In this document: positions 18,398 through 25,540 of the stretch, one piece after another
Layout: the number at the start of each line of letters is the position of its first letter
Position numbering within the stretch: position 1 is the first letter of the stretch
Sequence record: NC_031043.1
Length of the DNA stretch: 64,000 nucleotides
Reading direction: 5' to 3' (one strand)
The notes under the pieces: model-generated
Told to the model about the DNA's origin: nothing
Seen by the model: only the letters and a program-made list of their open reading frames with translations
Database searches by the model: none
Made by a program: the position numbers and the translations under genes

Positions 18398-18842
18398 CCT
18401 TGTCGAACTCGTTCGCCATGATTTCTTCAACGTCGATAGTCTCTCCAACCGAAGAGAGCTCGCCATCGATGTGCGTAACGGATGGGATTTCTGGAATGAC
18501 TGGGGACCAATCACCTTCGACGGCTTCGTCGTCATCGTGGCGTTGAATCTTCGCACCCAGTCTTTCAGTCAATACCTGATTAATAGCATTTGCCAAATCG
18601 CCCATTTTCTCGGCTGATTTGTCCTGCGCAGCGATACGACGACGGTTGGTGACTTGCGCATCAATCCCGCTGAGCATTTTGTTCAGGCTATTGATTTCGT
18701 CCTTATCCAGTGCTGCTGCAGGCTTGGACATGATGCCGTCTGCCACCGTAATACGTATCTGTTGCGTATGGCGTTCAATGGCTACGTCATCACTTACATC
18801 ACCAGCAAATTTTTGATGAGTCAGCTTCACTTCTTCGCTCAT
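18375..18842 (-). CDS. Hypothetical helical protein
   Basis: GAGG RBS on the minus strand. Its 3' end overlaps the convergent gene by 23 nt. Confidence 0.75.
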   Translation of the reverse strand: MSEEVKLTHQKFAGDVSDDVAIERHTQQIRITVADGIMSKPAAALDKDEINSLNKMLSGIDAQVTNRRRIAAQDKSAEKMGDLANAINQVLTERLGAKIQRHDDDEAVEGDWSPVIPEIPSVTHIDGELSSVGETIDVEEIMANEFDKVKQAVAE

Positions 18843-18867
18843 ACAAGTACCTCTCTAAAAAGGAAAC

Positions 18868-18887
18868 GGATATATGTTATCAATGTG
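18868..18887 (+). promoter_or_regulatory. Class-A promoter core (ATATATGTTAT, N4, GTG)
   Basis: Exact core match, but it lacks the T-tract and overlaps ATG 18874. Confidence 0.45.
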
Positions 18888-19395
18888 CATGGAGTGGATT
18901 AGAAAGCATCTCTATAATCGTCGTAGAGAGCAGCTAGTCGCCACGTTTCATAAGAACAGTAACAATGTCTACCTGCACGTCGTAACCGGCTTAGAACTGA
19001 TTACAGAGCCTCTAGAATATAAATCCGGGAACTACGCTCCTATCTCTCTGTTTGGTCAAATTGAGAGTGTGGTGCCAGTCTTCGGAATCTTAGTCGACAG
19101 ACTCCGTTTTCATTTAACGAACTTCGAGAATCAACTCGGTGGAGGCAAAGCACGAGAAATCCCCGATAACCTGTCACGCAAGAACGATGTAGTTCTGCTA
19201 CGCTGGAAAGATATCTACTTTCAGACCACCAGTCCTGATACAGTCCGTCAGCAGCTAGCAGTCATTCGGCAGCTTTTGGTTCAATACGAGCATGTGTTTA
19301 CAACACCGGCATCGGGAACCGAAGAAGATGTGTTGTGGCGTAATACGCAACCTATCTTACGCGAGTTAGAGGTCATAGTGGAACACTACCTCTAA
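18874..19395 (+). CDS. Hypothetical protein
   Basis: Start is either 18874 (AAGGA RBS) or 18889 (near-leaderless). Confidence 0.75.
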   Translation: MLSMCMEWIRKHLYNRRREQLVATFHKNSNNVYLHVVTGLELITEPLEYKSGNYAPISLFGQIESVVPVFGILVDRLRFHLTNFENQLGGGKAREIPDNLSRKNDVVLLRWKDIYFQTTSPDTVRQQLAVIRQLLVQYEHVFTTPASGTEEDVLWRNTQPILRELEVIVEHYL

Positions 19396-19426
19396 CATTA
19401 TACCAACCTTGGAGCAAGGATGGAAA

Positions 19427-20257
19427 ATGGACGAGCCAGAAAAGTCACTTACTGAAGGTGAGACGCCGCAAGACCCGCCATCGGGTAATTATCTACGATG
19501 GGTTTATTGGGAACTTGCTAAAGCAATGGAGGTCGGCCCGAAACTCTGGGTGCCTTTGATTCACGAGTATGCAAATAACCCTGACTACCTCGGACGCTCT
19601 TCTGCATTACCTGAAGAACGGGCACAGCGACTCACTATCGCACTAACCGGTGGTAACATCGTGGGTTTGCAACCTGACCTCACGTGGAAGCGTTTTAATG
19701 AAGGTCTGGTAATCCTCAAGATACAGTCACTGAAAGTCACCGTCACTGCAAAGCGCGGGAACTGGAGTGATAAGCAAACGGTCTGGGCGTATACCCGTCC
19801 GCAAAGCGACCACTTGAGGACAATTAATAAAGAGGATGAAGAGCAGTTACGGGAGTCAGTTGGTCGTACCTTAGACCGCTATTTCGAGAACACCGCCCAT
19901 ACCGCGACCCGCGTGATGGACCACATCCTACTCAAACTGTTCTGGCAACTCATCAATAAGTACAAGATAGATAATGTGGCATGGAAGCGGTTACTGGTGG
20001 CTTACGTCAATAACCCTGAGAACTGCCCCCAGCTGAAGAGTCGGCGTAACGATGCCCGACATAACCTTCAACAATCTGTTCGTCGAACCAAAAAGCTGAC
20101 ATGGCGTTTCTTCTTAAAGGCCCTGAAAGCGATTGATGTCCGTGGTATTGATATTGCGTTTCTCTTCACCACCGAGAGTGAGAAGGAAATCGAAATTGCC
20201 ACGAGTATTGATTTGACGAAACACACGTTTAAGAGTGGGAAAGACAAAGATGAGTAA
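19427..20257 (+). CDS. Hypothetical protein with an internally duplicated ~100-aa domain
   Basis: Two copies of W..L...Y.NNP...R..L......LTW..F...L. Confidence 0.8.
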   Translation: MDEPEKSLTEGETPQDPPSGNYLRWVYWELAKAMEVGPKLWVPLIHEYANNPDYLGRSSALPEERAQRLTIALTGGNIVGLQPDLTWKRFNEGLVILKIQSLKVTVTAKRGNWSDKQTVWAYTRPQSDHLRTINKEDEEQLRESVGRTLDRYFENTAHTATRVMDHILLKLFWQLINKYKIDNVAWKRLLVAYVNNPENCPQLKSRRNDARHNLQQSVRRTKKLTWRFFLKALKAIDVRGIDIAFLFTTESEKEIEIATSIDLTKHTFKSGKDKDE

Positions 20258-21446
20258 TATCGTAAAACCCGATGCGCGGTTAGTCGCTGCCCTCGACGGT
20301 ATGGAACAGCAGATGGATAAACTGTTGGCAACGCAAGCCGCCGCCTCAGTCCGTGGTGCAGGTGGTGGTACCGGTCCAACGACACGTGCCACTATTTTCG
20401 AAACCGACCCCACTGGTCTTCTTCCTAACTTTGACCCATTACTGCGCCAAGTTGCTTCCCCGTTTGAAGGGATAGATAAACTGGGCAGTGATGTGCTGAG
20501 TTATTTAGACCCGTCAGGTAAACTGGGGAACCTGGCCAAGAAAGCCGTTTCTGCTCTCCCGAGTGAGTTGAAGGAAGCCGGTACCAAACTCGCCCGTGGT
20601 GATATCGTTGATGCTGCGAAGGGTATTACCGGTTTGCAGAGCTTCCGTGACGTCAGTACCCTGGTGACCACCAAGGACGGTAAGTTCGGCCTGGACTTTA
20701 ATTCGGTCAAAGGTCGTATTGAGCGTTCGTTCGGTATTAACGGTGCGCTGGGTCAACTCTCCCCTGAAGTACAGAACCTCATCGGTAAAGCATCTACCGA
20801 GTTCTACGGCGATGAGATGGGTACCATCTTCAACAACGTGGTCGGTGCGGTTACCTCTGCAGACTTTAATTCGGTCTCCAGTGTGACGGATGTGATTAAC
20901 CGTATCGCTGGTCAATCTAAACTGTGGGATGTGTTCGACTTAAGTGCGGGTGCCGCATTGATTTACGGGTTGTCTGATAAGCTCGTTGAATGGGGCGCTC
21001 CAGACATGCTGGACGACGTACTGGATAAAATCACCGACGTCAAAGCCCAGAAAGCAATGATGGATGAGTTGGCTATCCGTGCCTCTGCCAGTGGTTCCCT
21101 CCAATCGACCGAACACTACGTTGACCGTTTGGATGCTAACCGCCGCCCAGCGATTGCCGACCTCGTTATCAGTAACATGATGCGCAGTGTCAGCTTCTGG
21201 GGTTCTGACCGTACCGATGCCTCGTACGGCAGCTACGGCGCGCGCATGATTGCGCTGTTCGAGAAGCTTGACCCTAACTGGGATAAAGACCCTTACGACC
21301 ACACGTCATACAGCTGCTATTATTTCACGCTGATGAATGACACGGCCTACAAAGCCTTACTGACTACTGCAAAGCGTCCGTTCTGTGCAGTGTTTGGTAT
21401 CGTGCGTCGTGATGATGTCGACACCATTATCTCGAACAACTTTTAG
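20250..21446 (+). CDS. Probable virion structural protein
   Basis: About 398 aa, helical, Gly/Ala-rich N-terminus. Assignment from synteny. Confidence 0.55.
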   Translation: MSNIVKPDARLVAALDGMEQQMDKLLATQAAASVRGAGGGTGPTTRATIFETDPTGLLPNFDPLLRQVASPFEGIDKLGSDVLSYLDPSGKLGNLAKKAVSALPSELKEAGTKLARGDIVDAAKGITGLQSFRDVSTLVTTKDGKFGLDFNSVKGRIERSFGINGALGQLSPEVQNLIGKASTEFYGDEMGTIFNNVVGAVTSADFNSVSSVTDVINRIAGQSKLWDVFDLSAGAALIYGLSDKLVEWGAPDMLDDVLDKITDVKAQKAMMDELAIRASASGSLQSTEHYVDRLDANRRPAIADLVISNMMRSVSFWGSDRTDASYGSYGARMIALFEKLDPNWDKDPYDHTSYSCYYFTLMNDTAYKALLTTAKRPFCAVFGIVRRDDVDTIISNNF

Positions 21447-21457
21447 TGGGGAAACAC

Positions 21458-22450
21458 ATGGTTACGATTGACCCGAAGGTTGTACCGCTCACTCGATTGA
21501 TGGGACTCATCAGCACGATTAAAGGCGGTAATCGATACGGTATCCCAGACGCAGAACGTGAACTGGTGATATCTCGTATTCAGCACGACGTGCGGTTAGG
21601 GATTGTGTACCCGAGAGTATTCCGGGAAGACATGATGGAACCCGAATTATTAGAACCTTATCGAACGGGGAAACACGACGACGAGTACGGTGTGGCGATG
21701 GCGTTGGAACACGGTATGAACTTACCGCTTGCAAATGCTAAGCAATATAACCCGCTGAAATACACCCATCGTGAAGGCAAGTGGCTACGTGATACTAGCT
21801 ACTACATGCATTTGCGTGGTATTGGTGCGGCGGCAATATTCAGTCATGTGGGCGATGACACCGATGGACTGAACCACATCAACATCTATTCCGATGCCAA
21901 AACGTTTGTCGGGGCATGTGCCAGTAACTTTACCGAGGCTCACCATGAGACTCGTGATGGTACCTTCCGTACGTTGGAAGGTTATTATCACTGGTTGCGT
22001 ATTCGTGATTGGATGCGGGCGACGAATCAACCGTTCGCTAATATGGCGGAAATGGAAGAGAAGTATCCGGGTATTCATCGTTTGCGTAATCAGTCAGGGC
22101 CTGAAGCAATTCGTGACGGTCGCAAGCTGAAGTCTAACTTGTACGGCGGCACTACTTACAAAGTGGCCGGGTTCTCAGAGGAAGCGACACAGGACTTTAA
22201 GTGGGCGTTGGCATACAAGCTACATGCTTTGCACTTCAATAATGTGACGCTAGGTAATTATTTGTCGTGTCTGGTGTACAGCGGATTCCCTTTGAAGCAC
22301 TACTACGTGTATCAGGGAAAAGCGAAGTTCCCAGCGTACAATGAATGGCTACCTAATATCTTGACTGCGCTGTTGGAGCATATTGACCCTAACGGTGCGG
22401 ACTTTGATCTCGAAGCCTTACAGGCCAAAATCATTGAGGGTTCCGTATGA
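21458..22450 (+). CDS. NADAR-family (T4 gp30.3-like) domain protein with N-terminal extra domain
   Basis: GACASNFTEAHHETRDGTFRTLEGYYHWLR and QSGPEAIRDGRKL match NADAR SNF...DG..F..LEG and SG..A...GR motifs. Confidence 0.7.
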   Translation: MVTIDPKVVPLTRLMGLISTIKGGNRYGIPDAERELVISRIQHDVRLGIVYPRVFREDMMEPELLEPYRTGKHDDEYGVAMALEHGMNLPLANAKQYNPLKYTHREGKWLRDTSYYMHLRGIGAAAIFSHVGDDTDGLNHINIYSDAKTFVGACASNFTEAHHETRDGTFRTLEGYYHWLRIRDWMRATNQPFANMAEMEEKYPGIHRLRNQSGPEAIRDGRKLKSNLYGGTTYKVAGFSEEATQDFKWALAYKLHALHFNNVTLGNYLSCLVYSGFPLKHYYVYQGKAKFPAYNEWLPNILTALLEHIDPNGADFDLEALQAKIIEGSV

Positions 22451-23106
22451 GTCTTTCAGCATTACTGCAAGGGATTGACAACGACAAAGAGTGGGGTCAC
22501 CAGCAAGCGGCTCAAGAATCTATCTCGACTGAGAAAGAGAAAGAGTATTGCCTGTGGGTGAAACCAACGTCGGCGGGGTGGCAGTGGTTGGGTGAGCAAC
22601 AGAGCACCCCAACACTGGATATCCTGATGCCGATTGAAGGTGCACGTCGTCGCTGTCGTATTCGTCCTGATGGTGCGAAGCTTACCTTAAAGCAACGCAT
22701 CAATAATGAAACAGTAGAAGAGAACAGCGATATCGGTTTCGGTATGGCCTTATCTTTCTACGCTGACGGTTTCAATGCCCATCTGTTCCGTCGCATCCAT
22801 TTGGAAGCGGCACCTGAACTGATGCAGCAGGGCGCGAAACACTGGGACATCGATATTTTCCATATCGTACAATCCCATCCGGTACTGCCAGACATCGGTG
22901 CATTAAACGACCTGTCTGACACACTGCGTCAGGGCACAGCTTACGGCGACTTGGTGAAAGTCGAGCTGGAAGTGGATAAGTTCTTCATTGACAGCATCCG
23001 TGAACTGATACCGTTCGAAGTGGAAGAGATTTACGCGTCCCGTCCAAAAGACGAAGAGACGCAGGTTATGATTGCCGATTACTGGGACAATGTCACCAGC
23101 ATCTAA
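22447..23106 (+). CDS. CYTH / triphosphate-tunnel metalloenzyme fold protein
   Basis: EKEKEY (ExExK-like), RCRIR, LTLKQ, VEEN, WDIDIF and VELEV occur in CYTH order. Confidence 0.75.
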   Translation: MSLSALLQGIDNDKEWGHQQAAQESISTEKEKEYCLWVKPTSAGWQWLGEQQSTPTLDILMPIEGARRRCRIRPDGAKLTLKQRINNETVEENSDIGFGMALSFYADGFNAHLFRRIHLEAAPELMQQGAKHWDIDIFHIVQSHPVLPDIGALNDLSDTLRQGTAYGDLVKVELEVDKFFIDSIRELIPFEVEEIYASRPKDEETQVMIADYWDNVTSI

Positions 23107-23108
23107 GT

Positions 23109-23145
23109 AAGTCCCAGTCCTTCGGGGCTGGGCTTCTTTTATTTT
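23109..23145 (+). terminator. Intrinsic terminator (UUCG loop)
   Basis: CCCAGTCC-TTCG-GGGCTGGG followed by a T-run. Confidence 0.85.
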
Positions 23146-23160
23146 CTAAGGAAAAGACGA

Positions 23161-23529
23161 ATGTTAAACGTTAAGGTTAGTAGAGAAGATGTGTTGACCA
23201 TCAACGGTCTTGAAGTACCGGGCGGGAACGCACCCCGCTTTACCTCTCTGTTCCGTCACGTCACCCCAAAAGCGAAAATGATTATCGGTGAACCTGAGGG
23301 TCACACGGTCAAGCACCCTAGCCCACAGACGCACTACGTGGCGCTGGTACGCACTGACCAAGAGATGTTTGACATGCTCAAGCAATTCGTCCACGACGGT
23401 CCGGTAGATATGGAAACCGAAGAGGTGGTTATCATTCGTGATGACGGTCTATTCAATGGTAAGCGTTACGCTGAGATTTACCATGTAATTAAACGACCAG
23501 AACGTAAGGCGCAATACGACGACGAGTAA
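23161..23529 (+). CDS. Hypothetical protein
   Basis: AAGGA RBS. Confidence 0.75.
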   Translation: MLNVKVSREDVLTINGLEVPGGNAPRFTSLFRHVTPKAKMIIGEPEGHTVKHPSPQTHYVALVRTDQEMFDMLKQFVHDGPVDMETEEVVIIRDDGLFNGKRYAEIYHVIKRPERKAQYDDE

Positions 23530-23555
23530 TTTTTACATTTCGGTATTACCTTATG
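23530..23555 (+). promoter_or_regulatory. Class-B promoter motif TTTTTACAT-N13-TATG
   Basis: Fixed-spacing motif. The spacer contains TATTAC. Confidence 0.6.
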
Positions 23556-23594
23556 CTGAAGTTCTGTTCTTTTAGTGTCGAGGCACATGCGTAA

Positions 23595-23741
23595 ATGCGT
23601 AAACGATTTTGGCGTTCGGTATTGACCACATTAGTAGTTATGGCTGTTATTGGTTACGGGTGCGCAACCGTACAACTCATGATGTGGAAAGGTGTATTAC
23701 GAACGTCCCTATATTCTCCTGTTAGAGGTGCCAATGAATAA
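23595..23741 (+). CDS. 48-aa membrane/lipoprotein-like peptide, not in ORF track (MRKRFWRSVLTTLVVMAVIGYGCATVQ...)
   Basis: Basic N-region, hydrophobic H-region, then G-C. Stop overlaps the next start. Confidence 0.5.
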   Translation: MRKRFWRSVLTTLVVMAVIGYGCATVQLMMWKGVLRTSLYSPVRGANE

Positions 23742-24177
23742 GCTCGATTTCGAAGACCCGTTTTTCACGTTGAATGGAATGACCACCGAAGTCCCTTCAC
23801 CGGAAATGAAAGCACTGCTTACTCGCGTTCGCGCGTGGTGTAAAGACCATCCGATTAATATCGTACTGACCACCAATCCGTTGGTGTCTAAGCCGGTTAC
23901 CGATGAAGACGGTTTGCATCTCCCGATTATTGAAGACCTCGAGCCGAAGTTAGCCGACTTCATCTTCAATTACGCCGAGCTGCACAACGACGTCGATGGT
24001 GACTACGGTATGATTTGTCTGAAAAGCCGTGTACCACAAACCAAAGACTGGAAGGTCGTGGACAATACCCGCTTCTCTCCAAACGTGGGTGCAACGGTAT
24101 TGACCTTTATCCCGCCGGTCGAAGAAGGCGGTGAGCCACGTACCACGATTCAGTTCTGGGAGAAACCTGATGAATAA
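23734..24177 (+). CDS. Hypothetical protein
   Basis: GAGG RBS before ATG 23734 (track GTG 23692 is unlikely). Confidence 0.75.
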   Translation: MNKLDFEDPFFTLNGMTTEVPSPEMKALLTRVRAWCKDHPINIVLTTNPLVSKPVTDEDGLHLPIIEDLEPKLADFIFNYAELHNDVDGDYGMICLKSRVPQTKDWKVVDNTRFSPNVGATVLTFIPPVEEGGEPRTTIQFWEKPDE

Positions 24178-24568
24178 ATTAGCGCTGGACGATACCGGTG
24201 TCGTCATTAACGACAAGCCGGTCGGTAACCTGAACTTAGACCGTTGGGTTCACCACGAGCTGGAAGAACTGTTCGGGAACCGTGAGTTTTACATTACGCT
24301 GGTTTCCGAAGCGCCGACTACCGAAGGGTGGTTGAACCGTATGCCGCTGATGCGTGATGTTACCGAAGATGTGTTTGTCTCGGTTTATCGCGCAGCCACT
24401 ATCCGCGGTTGGGTCATTCACACTGAGTCGGCAGCTAACCTGTCACAGCTGGCCCAGAAAGCGGTACCGTTCGCGGCTGGTAAAGTACCTGCTGGTGCAG
24501 ACGACCTGCTGCTGTGGGTAGACTTCGACCCTCAAACCAAACAAACCAAATACGCTATCGTTTACTAA
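24170..24568 (+). CDS. Hypothetical protein
   Basis: GGAG RBS before ATG 24170. Confidence 0.75.
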   Translation: MNKLALDDTGVVINDKPVGNLNLDRWVHHELEELFGNREFYITLVSEAPTTEGWLNRMPLMRDVTEDVFVSVYRAATIRGWVIHTESAANLSQLAQKAVPFAAGKVPAGADDLLLWVDFDPQTKQTKYAIVY

Positions 24569-24580
24569 TTGGGAAATGTC

Positions 24581-25018
24581 ATGCAAGAGAATATGCTTAA
24601 TACGCTGGAACACACCGACGGCGATTTGTACGTTAATAACCTGACCATCGTGTTGGACAAAATGGATGCGGCGTATCTGGATGCGCTGGTTGCCCGGTTC
24701 CCGAATCCGGTGCCGATGGTATTGGTTGACAGTCATGCGTCTATCCCGATGGAAATGAACGTGGACGTGCTGGAAGTGAAAGCCATCGCGCCGTACGAAG
24801 CATCGGGTGTAATTAACTCCTCGTCTGACTACTCGCTTATTACTAACGAGACGTTGAAGAAAGCCATCTGTAAAGAACTGATTGGTTCCCTTCATCCTAT
24901 GGTTATGGAAGCACCAGTACCTCCGGCGGATTTTGATTACTCAGAAGCGTTATTCATTCTGTGCCTTGAAGACCTTCATGGTGCGGTGAACTACTCGCTC
25001 GCTTATATCAAAAAGTAA
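24581..25018 (+). CDS. Hypothetical acidic protein
   Basis: In-operon ORF ending at a terminator. Confidence 0.7.
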   Translation: MQENMLNTLEHTDGDLYVNNLTIVLDKMDAAYLDALVARFPNPVPMVLVDSHASIPMEMNVDVLEVKAIAPYEASGVINSSSDYSLITNETLKKAICKELIGSLHPMVMEAPVPPADFDYSEALFILCLEDLHGAVNYSLAYIKK

Positions 25019-25025
25019 ATAAACT

Positions 25026-25061
25026 GGTGTCTCTTCGGGGACACCGTTTGTTATTATTTTT
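25026..25061 (+). terminator. Intrinsic terminator (UUCG loop)
   Basis: GGTGTCTC-TTCG-GGGACACC followed by a T-rich tail. Confidence 0.8.
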
Positions 25062-25082
25062 CGTGTATATATTACCTTAATG
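25057..25082 (+). promoter_or_regulatory. Class-A promoter (T5, GTATATATTAC, N4, ATG)
   Basis: Contains the exact phiKZ early core TATATTAC at 25068-25075. Confidence 0.7.
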
Positions 25083-25108
25083 TACCTAACTCCTTAAAGG
25101 ATTACACC

Positions 25109-25492
25109 ATGTTAAAACGTATGCTTATTGTACTCGCCCTGTCCGTTGCGTACTTCTCTTTCCCTGCCCACGCACTGACGTTCAAAGAAGCGGCCGAGTG
25201 GCCTGAACCAATCCGTCCGACCTTTAGCACCGTGGTCGGTATGGGTGACAACAAAGTCGTAATGCACAGTGGCGACTTTATGTTGATTCGTGCCTTTGCA
25301 GGCGATGCCTGTCCTGCGGGTCAATATTTCTTGGCCAACCTTGCGAACAAAACCATCGAGTCGGTTAACATCGGTACCTGTGATGAAGAAGAGCTGACCT
25401 TTGGTACTCAGTCCCCTACCGTTAAGCACGCCGGTAAGTCGATTGATGTCTACAGTCATGGCGAGCTGATAGCCCGTATGCCTGTGTACTAA
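25109..25492 (+). CDS. Secreted/periplasmic protein with Sec signal and a Cys pair
   Basis: Signal MLKRMLIVLALSVAYFSFPAHA. Motifs AGDACPAG and IGTCDE. Confidence 0.8.
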   Translation: MLKRMLIVLALSVAYFSFPAHALTFKEAAEWPEPIRPTFSTVVGMGDNKVVMHSGDFMLIRAFAGDACPAGQYFLANLANKTIESVNIGTCDEEELTFGTQSPTVKHAGKSIDVYSHGELIARMPVY

Positions 25493-25538
25493 AAAATAAT
25501 AAAGGTACACCCCCAACCGGGGGTGTATTCTTTTTTTT
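25491..25538. terminator. Bidirectional intrinsic terminator
   Basis: TACACCCCC-aacc-GGGGGTGTA with A-run and T-run flanks. Confidence 0.85.
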
Positions 25539-25540
25539 GT

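Noticed and set aside
18375-18842. Possible small terminase (size, helical, acidic tail)
   Set aside because: No motif support and it is far from terL, so it is left as hypothetical.
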